In this document: piece by piece, positions 1 through 8,595 of the stretch
Position numbering within the stretch: position 1 is the stretch's first letter
Layout: every line of letters starts with the position of its first letter
DNA from: a virus
IMG/VR virus record: IMGVR_UViG_3300020420_001038
Span: 1 to 64,000 of that record
Length of the DNA stretch: 64,000 nt
Reading direction: 5' to 3' (one strand)
Position numbers and translations under genes: made by a program
The notes under the pieces: generated by a model
What the model saw: the letters and a program-made list of their open reading frames with translations, nothing else
Told to the model about the DNA's origin: nothing
The model's database searches: none

Positions 1-499
1 TCTTCATTTCAATATTAATTACTGGTCGATATCGTGCAATAGTATCGAGTCCACCCAACAGCACACGATCTTCATATCCGTCCACATCAATCTTTATAAA
101 ATCTACACAGTCTAACTTATAGGAATCTAGTGTGTGCAACTGTATGTCACCCTCTGTATCATCACGTGACAGATTTTGCATGGATCGATTTTTAATATAG
201 TGTGTTGTATGTGTTGTGTGGCTCAGACCTACTTCATGCAATATTGCATTGGAATTGCTTTTAATGTTCATGTGCCAACAACGAGTGAACATGGGATTGG
301 GTTCAAAACACACCACTCGCTCAAAGTCCTTTTGTAGAAAACGTGTCCACATTCCCACATTGGCGCCAACATCAACACAGGTACGCCAGTCAGTAACAAA
401 TTTTAATGCACTATCACGTAGGCCTTTTTGTCCATCACCTTTACCCATGGTGACCAAATTATGATCTGCATCGGGTATGTAAAAGTCAGTGTCCCTCAT
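1..499 (-). CDS. FkbM-family SAM-dependent methyltransferase (runs off the window edge)
   Basis: Not in the ORF track; translated by hand. ATG at 499 overlaps the upstream stop (ATGA). Motifs CVDVGANVGMW, VVCFEPNP and VDFIKIDVDGYE. Confidence 0.85.
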   Translation of the reverse strand, partial: MRDTDFYIPDADHNLVTMGKGDGQKGLRDSALKFVTDWRTCVDVGANVGMWTRFLQKDFERVVCFEPNPMFTRCWHMNIKSNSNAILHEVGLSHTTHTTHYIKNRSMQNLSRDDTEGDIQLHTLDSYKLDCVDFIKIDVDGYEDRVLLGGLDTIARYRPVINIEMK

Positions 500-1227
500 G
501 ATGAAACCCAATTTCTAGTGCCGGTAAATCTGCTTATCATGTTTATGCTCCATCGAGGGTGTTCTGCATCTTGCCTGGGACTTACACTATGCTGTGTTTC
601 TTCACCGTTCCAAAACATCACAAAATTATTTGATACATAAGGACAAGTTTTTACTATTGGTCCTGGATTAGAATATTCTCTGACAGAATTCATGCCAAGA
701 CCTTTTGGTTTATGAATACAAAAATCTCCTCCTGTACTTTTGTCTTCCGGTGATTTAAGGTAAAGTAGTCCTGCATATATTTCTTTTGGGTTATCTGTGT
801 GTGGTATTTTATTACTAACATTATTTACAGGTGGATGTTTTACAAAACTAAAATCAGTAAAGTAACTGCACGGTGCAGGATTGTTTATGTCGGCCTTGAT
901 CAATTGGTCTCTTGGTATTGCAAGATTTTTAGATTTTTTTTCAAAGGCATCAAAAACTTTATCAACAAATTGTTTGCTAGTATGATATTCAATAAACTCC
1001 TTCCAGATGTTGCTGACTGGATACTGTTCTTCGTGTAATTCTTTCAATAGCCAAGTTAGTTTCCCATGCTTATCAACTTGTTGTTGTTTATCTAATCTAT
1101 CGTTTGGTAATGTTTGTAAAAGTTCGTTGTGTACTTTTTCAGGCAACGCATTTTCAATTATGATATAGGGCCATGGGTCGTATTCTACTTTTTTCAGATT
1201 TTGGAGTACACAAAGTTCGCTCATCAC
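496..1227 (-). CDS. 2OG-Fe(II) oxygenase superfamily protein
   Basis: HTD...H facial triad (PHTDN, TQHSV), GGDF strand and terminal RWS motif. Confidence 0.8.
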   Translation of the reverse strand: MMSELCVLQNLKKVEYDPWPYIIIENALPEKVHNELLQTLPNDRLDKQQQVDKHGKLTWLLKELHEEQYPVSNIWKEFIEYHTSKQFVDKVFDAFEKKSKNLAIPRDQLIKADINNPAPCSYFTDFSFVKHPPVNNVSNKIPHTDNPKEIYAGLLYLKSPEDKSTGGDFCIHKPKGLGMNSVREYSNPGPIVKTCPYVSNNFVMFWNGEETQHSVSPRQDAEHPRWSINMISRFTGTRNWVSS

Positions 1228-1233
1228 AAATAT

Positions 1234-1920
1234 TTATAATGCGACTTTATGTGCTTCCCTCAATTTACTTTTTGGTATTGTTATATCTCTTTTATCACAT
1301 GCCGCACTAATGACGCAAGGATCACATTCCGGTGATCTCGATTTACAAACTTTTTTGGCATGTGTAATGAGCCACATGTGAGCACCATACTTATATTTGT
1401 CAGGAGTTGTCTTGTTCACTGTGATCGATGCTTTGCCTTCATCTAAACTGTCTGCCCAACCCAATCTCCACAACATTCTAAACACGTGAGTATCAACTGC
1501 TATATTAGGACTTCCAAAAACAAATCTCATCACTATATCTGAACTTTTCCTACCTACACCGGGTAAAGACATTAATTCTTTTTGTGTCTGCGGTACTTTA
1601 CTATTAAATTTCTCTATCAACAATTTGCTTGTTGCAAGAATGTTTTTTGATTTTGCATTGTGCAAACCTGCAGGACGGATTGCTTCTATTACTTCTTCCT
1701 GTGACAATTTAATCATTTCTTCAGGAGTATTAGCAAGAGCGAATAATTGCTGACAGGCTACTGCCGTCCTTGCGTCTTGACTCTGTGCTGATAGCATTAC
1801 TCCAATTAGGCTGGTGTATGCTTTTGAGTAAATTTTTGCTTTAGGTTTCCTATTTGAATAATGAGGATACTTTGCACTTAATTTTTCATAGATGAAATTG
1901 ATATCATTATTGCTCTTCAT
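1234..1920 (-). CDS. nth: Endonuclease III (HhH-GPD DNA glycosylase, 4Fe-4S)
   Basis: LSAQSQD, LPGVGRKS HhH motif, VDTHVFR, and C-x6-C-x2-C-x5-C cluster motif. Confidence 0.93.
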   Translation of the reverse strand: MKSNNDINFIYEKLSAKYPHYSNRKPKAKIYSKAYTSLIGVMLSAQSQDARTAVACQQLFALANTPEEMIKLSQEEVIEAIRPAGLHNAKSKNILATSKLLIEKFNSKVPQTQKELMSLPGVGRKSSDIVMRFVFGSPNIAVDTHVFRMLWRLGWADSLDEGKASITVNKTTPDKYKYGAHMWLITHAKKVCKSRSPECDPCVISAACDKRDITIPKSKLREAHKVAL

Positions 1921-3340
1921 CTGAGTGCAGTTCGTTTAGTAGTTGTCTTAGTTTTCCGCCTTCAACAGTTGCTTTTACTTTGCCAATATCATCACCTTTG
2001 GTTGGATCTGGCACATTAGGTTGTGCATCTGTTTTGTCTGTGCTTATTTTAGATTTTTGTTTTAATGAATCATATATTGTACTACGTTGTTTGTCAAACT
2101 GTTTGTATTCTGGATCGTCTGCCAAGTCTCTGATTCTTAAACTATCCACATCAAATTCCAAATCAACCTTCTGTCCAACACCAGAACTGGATCTAGTTTT
2201 CATAAATTGTATTTGATACCTTCCTCTTTCCTTCATTGCTCTAGATGTAAAGATACCAATGACGTTATCTGCTGTCTGTATTTTTGAAAGTCCACCTGCT
2301 ATGTGCGAGTGATCAAATTCTATTTCTTCAACACTGGCTCTGTTAAGTTGTGATGCAGTTGCCAATAACATTTGGGACTCTACTGCAAAGTTTCTTAGTT
2401 CCTCAGAAACATACTTGTCTTTTATAAACAAATCTGCAGGACTAATACGTTTGCTTTTTGGCATCATGAGATCCAAATAGTCAATCAATATACAGTCAAT
2501 CTTCTTCTTCGTCTTAAGTTCTAATTCCTTAATGTATGTTCTAATATCCAATATTGTGCTTCCACTTGGCAAATATTTTATGTGCAATTCCCCAGACTTT
2601 TTCTTCATCATTTTTACTTTCATCTCGACATTGTCAATTTCTGGAAAAACTTTTTTAGTTGGAATGTTAGTCATCATTGCATCAAGTCTCATCGCTGTAA
2701 GTTCTTCACTTAATTCAAAAGAGATATACACTGTGTTCAAACCAGCAGTTGACCAATTCACTGCAAGATTCTGTAAGAACAAACTTTTACCTGCGCCTGA
2801 TCCACCTGCAAAAATGTTTAGTTCACCTCGGTTAAATCCACCGAACAGTTTCTTATCGAGATTTGGCCAACCTGTGCTGACTTGTCCATTGGAGTTTTTA
2901 AGTTTCTCCAATCTACCTTTTGGATCTTCAAAGTAGTCTGTACCTAGGTCCTTCGTCAAGCCAATACTTACTGCCTGCTTGACCATGTCCTCAACAGGAG
3001 CATAGTCTCCCTTTTCAAGTAAGTCCGCTGATTGTAATATTGCTTGTTCGAGTGCCTTGTGCCTAGAAAATGTTTCAAACTCATCTAACAGCCAGTTGAA
3101 GTGGCTTGGATCTAAATCTTTTGCTGATTTTAATTTTATATCATGTTTTGCGTTTACCTGTTCAACATCTGGCATGACTTTGTATTCTTCCATGTAGTCC
3201 TTGATAAATTTGGCAACTGGCTGTAATTTTCTCTCAAAACTATTTGGATTGAAAATGTTTTGTGCTCGTGCAAATGATTCTGCATCCGCCAGCATCATCT
3301 CGATGTATAATTTTTGTACGTCAAAACTATATTCAGCCAT
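1907..3340 (-). CDS. DnaB-like replicative helicase (T4 gp41-like)
   Basis: Walker A GGSGAGKS, ISFELSE, LIDYLDL, ASQLNR and KTR motifs. Confidence 0.92.
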   Translation of the reverse strand: MAEYSFDVQKLYIEMMLADAESFARAQNIFNPNSFERKLQPVAKFIKDYMEEYKVMPDVEQVNAKHDIKLKSAKDLDPSHFNWLLDEFETFSRHKALEQAILQSADLLEKGDYAPVEDMVKQAVSIGLTKDLGTDYFEDPKGRLEKLKNSNGQVSTGWPNLDKKLFGGFNRGELNIFAGGSGAGKSLFLQNLAVNWSTAGLNTVYISFELSEELTAMRLDAMMTNIPTKKVFPEIDNVEMKVKMMKKKSGELHIKYLPSGSTILDIRTYIKELELKTKKKIDCILIDYLDLMMPKSKRISPADLFIKDKYVSEELRNFAVESQMLLATASQLNRASVEEIEFDHSHIAGGLSKIQTADNVIGIFTSRAMKERGRYQIQFMKTRSSSGVGQKVDLEFDVDSLRIRDLADDPEYKQFDKQRSTIYDSLKQKSKISTDKTDAQPNVPDPTKGDDIGKVKATVEGGKLRQLLNELHSDEEQ

Positions 3341-3576
3341 TATATTCCTTTATACCTTTTCCAACTTGAGTGTAATATGTAAAACCAAATTCCATTTATA
3401 CTCGGTTCGATCAACGCGACCGCTCCCGCCTCCCATAAACTTGCACCTGTCATTATACTTACAACGGTCATTGCAATAACAATATGACCTAGTGTGTAAA
3501 TTATTGCAAGTCCTACACTCGAGCCACTTATTAATTTTCTAATTGCTCCTTGTATGCCTTGGGTAAATTCAGTCAT
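3340..3576 (-). CDS. Small membrane protein, DUF2061-like
   Basis: IYTLGHIVIA...ALIEPSINGIWFYILH pattern with two hydrophobic segments. Confidence 0.65.
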   Translation of the reverse strand: MTEFTQGIQGAIRKLISGSSVGLAIIYTLGHIVIAMTVVSIMTGASLWEAGAVALIEPSINGIWFYILHSSWKRYKGI

Positions 3577-3734
3577 TATTTAAAAAACCTTTTAAATTTA
3601 TCAATTGACTTTTGTAATGGGGCATACACTTGTTCAATAAAAATAATATGTTTAGACAGTTTTTTATCTAACTCAGTAATTATTTTTTTTAATTCTTTTA
3701 TTTCTTTTTGTAATTTTACTACTTCCTTATCCAT
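3576..3734 (-). CDS. Small coiled-coil hypothetical protein (52 aa)
   Basis: Translated by hand (MDKEVVKLQKEIKELKK...). Fills the primase to DUF2061 gap exactly, with overlapping stop/start (TAATG). Confidence 0.7.
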   Translation of the reverse strand: MDKEVVKLQKEIKELKKIITELDKKLSKHIIFIEQVYAPLQKSIDKFKRFFK

Positions 3735-4740
3735 ACATTTTCCTTTTCAAATCAATTTTAAATTTGTTAGATTCTGTGCTTTTCAAAATTGACTGTATTG
3801 TAAATAGCCTTCCATATTTTAACACAGCATCGGCCACATCGTCAACATCTTCTGCCCATTCTGGAAAAGCAACACTCCAACCAAATTCTATTGCTTGGTT
3901 AATAAGTTTTTCACCTGGTGCGTCTCTGTCCGGCACTACAATAATTTTTTTTCCTAATCCTTCGATCAATTCTTTTTGTGTTTCATTTATCTCCGACCCT
4001 AGTATGCTAACTCCAGAAACGGTAATAGCATCAAATGGTCCTTCTGTCACTATTACAAATTTTCTATCCCAGGTCTGTGCATCCATATTGAAAACATAAC
4101 CTGGCTGTACTTCTGTAACATATTTTATTTTCTCAGCCTTTTCAAATAGTCTGCCAGTATACCCTACCACCTCGCCTCTCCAATAAAAAGGAATGATCAC
4201 TCTTTGATCAAAATTAAAATAAAAATCAGGTGAGTACATGAAATCGTACCAACTAGGATCTATTCCTCTTGCTTTTAGATAATTCAATAGTGCATCAATT
4301 TTTTTATACTGAGGTGCAGTAAGATCCTTGGCAATGTATTTTTCTAACCAAATATCTAATTTGTGTGTGTTCTTTGGAGTTTGCTTTTTTACAAAATTTA
4401 CGAATTTTTTCTTTTCATACTTTACATCACTCTCTTCATGACGCATGGCCTCTATTGCTAGTTTTTTAATTGTGTCATCCGGTATGCCTATGTAACTCAT
4501 AAAAGTTCGCATACGTTGTGTAAGCCTCCTGCCAGTAACATAAGATGCTTTGTATCCACAGTTGAAACAGTGATAACTTACTGTTCCATCAGCACTTGTC
4601 ATTATACCACCTCGTTTCTTTCTATCTTGTGATTCTCCATTGTGTATGCAACAAGGTGCATTAAAGGATATCCAACCACTTGGAGTTTTCTTTTGCCCAG
4701 AAGGCAAGGATGTCAGAATAGTCGACTGGATCAGGTTCAT
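3727..4740 (-). CDS. DNA primase (T4 gp61-like)
   Basis: Zn domain (APCC...YHCFNC), IIPF...GYTGR, TOPRIM motifs EGPFD and DRD. Confidence 0.9.
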   Translation of the reverse strand: MNLIQSTILTSLPSGQKKTPSGWISFNAPCCIHNGESQDRKKRGGIMTSADGTVSYHCFNCGYKASYVTGRRLTQRMRTFMSYIGIPDDTIKKLAIEAMRHEESDVKYEKKKFVNFVKKQTPKNTHKLDIWLEKYIAKDLTAPQYKKIDALLNYLKARGIDPSWYDFMYSPDFYFNFDQRVIIPFYWRGEVVGYTGRLFEKAEKIKYVTEVQPGYVFNMDAQTWDRKFVIVTEGPFDAITVSGVSILGSEINETQKELIEGLGKKIIVVPDRDAPGEKLINQAIEFGWSVAFPEWAEDVDDVADAVLKYGRLFTIQSILKSTESNKFKIDLKRKMYG

Positions 4741-4747
4741 ACCCTAT

Positions 4748-4776
4748 ATTTTACTGTCTATAAAGGATTTTGTCAA
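4748..4776 (-). promoter_or_regulatory. Sigma70-type promoter for primase
   Basis: TTGACA-17 bp-TAAAAT, with ATG 7 nt downstream of the -10 box. Confidence 0.75.
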
Positions 4777-5533
4777 TCTTTCCAGTATTACCAGAATCGT
4801 TGTCCCAACTAAACCTAACATTATGGTAAACGCCGGTAAAATTCAAAGTTGATGCCGCGGATGCATCTGTATACGTAGCAGATGTCACTGTAAAATAATC
4901 GCTGTCGCTTGGTGTACTTGCCATGGTTCCTTGTACGATAAGTTTACCACTAAATGCGTTTGGATACACAGCGATCGTATGTAATGCTTTATTATTGTTT
5001 GTTCCTGGCCTTGCATCTATAGAACTTGAGGAAAACTGCAAAGGACCTCCGGCTTGAGTGAAGTTGCTGACTTCAACACTTGAAACAAATTCAGGATAGG
5101 CTCCGTCTACTAGTTCAATAGTGCCAGCCGCCGCATATCCAGTGTCTGCATATGTCACCTCCCTACTTCCGTCGGACTTTACTTCTCTAACAGAAAAATT
5201 GTAAAATTTTGCATCTAAGGATAGAAGATCACCCTCGGTAATTGTTGTACTTGCATCACCCTTGGTGCTGACTGTACTTCCATCATCGAGAATAGTCAAA
5301 GTCTTTGTAAGCACTGCTTTTTTGCTCTCTGTATCAATGATATTCAATTCATATGTCTTTGATGTTATATCTTGGGCCTTTTGATCCTCGTTCTTGAATG
5401 TGAACGAAATGGGATTCGATACTCCTCTATGAAGTGTTAGTCTTCTATCGTACACTTTTGAATTCCTTCCGTGATAACCACTTTGGTAACATATTACCAA
5501 CTGATCTAGTAAATACCGTTGTATTGTTTGCAT
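4751..5533 (-). CDS. Hypothetical beta-rich protein, possibly virion-associated
   Basis: Long Ser/Thr-rich ORF with TAAATA just upstream. Confidence 0.6.
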   Translation of the reverse strand: MQTIQRYLLDQLVICYQSGYHGRNSKVYDRRLTLHRGVSNPISFTFKNEDQKAQDITSKTYELNIIDTESKKAVLTKTLTILDDGSTVSTKGDASTTITEGDLLSLDAKFYNFSVREVKSDGSREVTYADTGYAAAGTIELVDGAYPEFVSSVEVSNFTQAGGPLQFSSSSIDARPGTNNNKALHTIAVYPNAFSGKLIVQGTMASTPSDSDYFTVTSATYTDASAASTLNFTGVYHNVRFSWDNDSGNTGKIDKILYRQ

Positions 5534-5565
5534 AGTACATATTTAACAATATTTATGGACATAGG

Positions 5566-5940
5566 ATGAACGAACTTTTTAAGACATTAAGAGATAAATT
5601 TCCATTTTTGAGCCTTATTCGTAAGGGCGATTTGGAATATGTGGGGATAGTGCAGAACCAAGACCCAAATGTAATCAGTTTCTACGATTACGGACGTATA
5701 ATGCAACCGCAAGACAAAATGAGATATTTGAAATGTGGTGAGATTTGGTGGTATGAGTCCAATAGAAAATTACCAATAAATATTTTTCTCAAAGGTGATT
5801 TCCGTTATTTCAGAACAACATTAGTAACTCTTAATTCAAAAGATGTGGAAATAGTCGAAGGTCCAACTGTTAAGTTATCTGAAATTTCGAAGAAACGGGT
5901 AAAAAGAAGAACTATACAGTTGGTAAGACGTCCGGTCTAA
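5566..5940 (+). CDS. Hypothetical phage protein
   Basis: 124-aa ORF with basic C-terminus, divergent from the previous gene. Confidence 0.65.
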   Translation: MNELFKTLRDKFPFLSLIRKGDLEYVGIVQNQDPNVISFYDYGRIMQPQDKMRYLKCGEIWWYESNRKLPINIFLKGDFRYFRTTLVTLNSKDVEIVEGPTVKLSEISKKRVKRRTIQLVRRPV

Positions 5941-6092
5941 TCTTTTTTCTTTTCAGGAAGTATAGCACCAGTTGTAAGATAGTGTTGTGTTAACGGACTA
6001 TCTGGCTGATAACCATATGGATCCTTTTTAGAAGTAGTAGATTTTTGTTTACGTTTTTTTCGGGAAGTCTTCTTTTTCTTTTGATTGTGCAT
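5937..6092 (-). CDS. Small, highly basic protein (51 aa)
   Basis: Translated by hand (MHNQKKKKTSRKKRKQKSTTSKKDPYGYQPDSPLTQHYLTTGAILPEKKKD). TAAATA lies 8 nt upstream and the ORF fills the intergenic gap. Confidence 0.55.
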   Translation of the reverse strand: MHNQKKKKTSRKKRKQKSTTSKKDPYGYQPDSPLTQHYLTTGAILPEKKKD

Positions 6093-6663
6093 CAAAACTA
6101 TATTTATGCTTTTGCATTAAATTCATCTGCACAACAATGGCATGGGCATATGCAACTGCGTGTGATTTTTTAAAGAAGTAACTGCCATCCGTTGGTTTAA
6201 TCCAAACTTCTTGCAATATATCTTTCCAATCCTTATACATCAAATGTCTTTTTGCAGGACGTATAATTGCCAACACAGCCGCAAGTTGTTCTATATTCTT
6301 TGGTTCTAGTTGTGAAACAATTTTAAAGTGTCCATTCAAATGGAATAATTGATCAACCGTTGTAGCATCTTTCAATATATCCCAATCCGGTTCCTGTATC
6401 ATAAGTTCAACAAGTTCCTGTTCAGATTTTATATCTTTATAGATGTTTACGTTTAAACAATCTATCTTGAAGTATCCTCTGTCCTCTGCTTTTTTATAAT
6501 CTAAGGTTGCGTGTCCGGTTATTGGGTGCTCCGGTACAGCATGAAAGTATACACCTGTTTTGTGTTTTTCGGTTTTCTCTTCTTTAATAATAGTGGCAGG
6601 AGTATGTTTGAATAATTTAAGTACTCCGTCTCTGTCAAAAAAGTCTATGTCAACATCAGGCAT
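6049..6663 (-). CDS. Miniature DnaE / DNA polymerase III alpha-like (family C) protein
   Basis: PDVDIDF, H-x-x-GV, YFKIDCL, LAIIRP and FKKSHAVAY match DnaE PDxDxDF, HAAGV, KFDFL, ALxRP and FNKSHSAAY. Confidence 0.8.
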   Translation of the reverse strand: MPDVDIDFFDRDGVLKLFKHTPATIIKEEKTEKHKTGVYFHAVPEHPITGHATLDYKKAEDRGYFKIDCLNVNIYKDIKSEQELVELMIQEPDWDILKDATTVDQLFHLNGHFKIVSQLEPKNIEQLAAVLAIIRPAKRHLMYKDWKDILQEVWIKPTDGSYFFKKSHAVAYAHAIVVQMNLMQKHKYSFDAQSKEKEDFPKKT

Positions 6664-6776
6664 TATATTGTTCCTTGTAAAAAATTTAAAAGTAGTGCAA
6701 CTAGATATATAAATCCAATTATACTTGCAATACCAAGTAAGTTTTTTTTAGTGAAAAGTTTTCTTAGATAAAACAT
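6663..6776 (-). CDS. Small single-pass membrane protein (37 aa)
   Basis: Translated by hand (MFYLRKLFTKKNLLGIASIIGFIYLVALLLNFLQGTI); coupled to both neighbours. Confidence 0.55.
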   Translation of the reverse strand: MFYLRKLFTKKNLLGIASIIGFIYLVALLLNFLQGTI

Positions 6777-7024
6777 CAAAGTTTAAACTCCTCGAAAGGT
6801 ATTTTGCCACCAGGGTATTTCCAGGTACCATCAGTATTATAATGATCCGGATGCTTACCTGTTTCTTTAAATTTGTTAATTGTTTTTGTTAGGCTATAAC
6901 CTTCCTCATTCTTCATAGACATAAACTTGTTTAATACAATGTTTAGAGGATCTTTCTTGTATAGTTCTATAGCAAGATAGTCGATAACTTTTTCATCCAT
7001 AGAAGTTTTTAAATGTTTTCCCAT
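6776..7024 (-). CDS. Hypothetical protein
   Basis: Start MGKHL at 7024 is coupled to the upstream stop, so it is preferred over 7105. Confidence 0.6.
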   Translation of the reverse strand: MGKHLKTSMDEKVIDYLAIELYKKDPLNIVLNKFMSMKNEEGYSLTKTINKFKETGKHPDHYNTDGTWKYPGGKIPFEEFKL

Positions 7025-7266
7025 TAGTGCATTGTTCCTTTCCTTTTTTTTTCGTGGTATTTTATAAATTGTTTTTTTGTTCCAGGTTTTAAAATTTCTA
7101 AACACTGCAACATTTTTTTGTAACCATCACTGTTTTGTACAGTACTATTCATGTCAGGCATACAAACTTTTCCAATATTACCATCATGTTTGATGTGTAT
7201 AATGATATCACCCTCTTCGAGATCAAAATCCAGTTCATCGTCAATATCTATTCTTACTCTACTCAA
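7024..7266 (-). CDS. Hypothetical protein
   Basis: 80-aa ORF within the coupled operon. Confidence 0.6.
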   Translation of the reverse strand: MSRVRIDIDDELDFDLEEGDIIIHIKHDGNIGKVCMPDMNSTVQNSDGYKKMLQCLEILKPGTKKQFIKYHEKKRKGTMH

Positions 7267-7945
7267 TTTTTGCCTCCTTGGCTGTCTCCGCTACAAACAA
7301 CTGATCCGCCGGATAACTTTTAAATTTTTGTGCCCAAAAATCCGGTTTGATAAATTTTGAGACCATTTGTAATTGTTCGTCGTTAAATGATTGTAACAGT
7401 TTTTTACCTGCACTGCAACCTAGTACTAGCCATGGCGATATCTTGCCCTGTTGTATGTGTTGCACTGCTCTATTTGTATTGACTAATCTAAAGTAGTCAG
7501 ACCATTGTGCATTTTGTTCACCTGCCCAATCCATCATTGTTGCGATGCTTCTTTGTAGTGCGGCTTCAACAGGTTCTATCTTTAAGGTATCTACTAGATA
7601 TCCTTCATACAAATCGTCACGTGCCCAATGATCTAATTTGGCTTTCGATAATATTACATAATCAATAAACTTTTCAGGATATAACGGATTTATATACATC
7701 ATGTGTCGTCCAAACTTTACAAAAGCATTGTAATACGAACTCTTACAAAAATCTTCGTATGTCTTTGGTTTCATACTATTTTGATGTATTTGATAAAATC
7801 TTTGAAATACTATGAATGCATTTTGCACCCATTTTTCATTTCTTTGTAAATGTCTTCTTTTAGGCTCGCACATATGCACTTGTAAAGTTCTCTCACGAGT
7901 AAACTCCTTGCCGCAATAGGGACATTTATATTTTGTCGAGTCCAT
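7259..7945 (-). CDS. Hypothetical protein with N-terminal C2HC zinc finger
   Basis: YKCPYCGKEFTRERTLQVHMC. Confidence 0.7.
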   Translation of the reverse strand: MDSTKYKCPYCGKEFTRERTLQVHMCEPKRRHLQRNEKWVQNAFIVFQRFYQIHQNSMKPKTYEDFCKSSYYNAFVKFGRHMMYINPLYPEKFIDYVILSKAKLDHWARDDLYEGYLVDTLKIEPVEAALQRSIATMMDWAGEQNAQWSDYFRLVNTNRAVQHIQQGKISPWLVLGCSAGKKLLQSFNDEQLQMVSKFIKPDFWAQKFKSYPADQLFVAETAKEAKIE

Positions 7946-8375
7946 GTAGTTCTATTAATTCCTCTAATTCTCTGTCTGTGATAATTTTATCTAATGCTTC
8001 AATGTCTTCTATGTTCCATGTAGGATATATTTGTTCCAACTGTTTTAGACTTTTGTTAGACACCCGTTTCATCGGTTTAATCCATGGATGGAATTGTTGT
8101 TTAAGGGCACCACACATTGATGTCAGTATCCAACAAAGTTTTTTATGTTTGCTGGACAACACAAATAAATTTTTATTTGCACATTCGTTCACCATTTCTA
8201 TATAGTGTTCTATGTAAAAAAGATCCTTCGATGATATACTTGATGCATATCTCATGATCATGAACGGAGAGTATAAAGATCTTTCGTGGTCATCAATCCT
8301 ATCGTAATAATCTTTATTACGATAATCGATTGCTTTTAATCCGTTTTTAAGTTCAAAAAATTTTCTTTTCGTCAT
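7926..8375 (-). CDS. Clamp loader small subunit (T4 gp62-like)
   Basis: YSPFMIMRYASS resembles the gp62 Y-x-PF-x-I-N-R-x-L-S motif; size and context fit. Confidence 0.55.
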   Translation of the reverse strand: MTKRKFFELKNGLKAIDYRNKDYYDRIDDHERSLYSPFMIMRYASSISSKDLFYIEHYIEMVNECANKNLFVLSSKHKKLCWILTSMCGALKQQFHPWIKPMKRVSNKSLKQLEQIYPTWNIEDIEALDKIITDRELEELIELHGLDKI

Positions 8376-8595
8376 ATTTAAATCCAAACAAAGTTAGGTC
8401 TTCTGGTGTTTTGAATTCTAACACTAAATGGCCATTGCCATGTTTTATTCCTCGCAAATTTATATTTTGTTCTTCTAGCCATCCAAAAAATTTTCTTGGC
8501 CATTCTTCTTCCATCCAAACTGCAATACCATCTTGTGCGATGATAAGTGGCGCATTAATTTCAATAGTTGTCTTACCATACTGAGCCATAATCAA
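8353..8595 (-). CDS. Hypothetical protein
   Basis: 80-aa ORF overlapping both neighbours. Confidence 0.55.
   Translation of the reverse strand: MIMAQYGKTTIEINAPLIIAQDGIAVWMEEEWPRKFFGWLEEQNINLRGIKHGNGHLVLEFKTPEDLTLFGFKYDEKKIF

Noticed and set aside
6049-6663. Mini-DnaE as a pseudogene fragment of host dnaE
   Set aside because: Motifs from distant parts of DnaE are joined in one clean, coupled ORF with the catalytic residues intact, which fits a compact gene better than decay.
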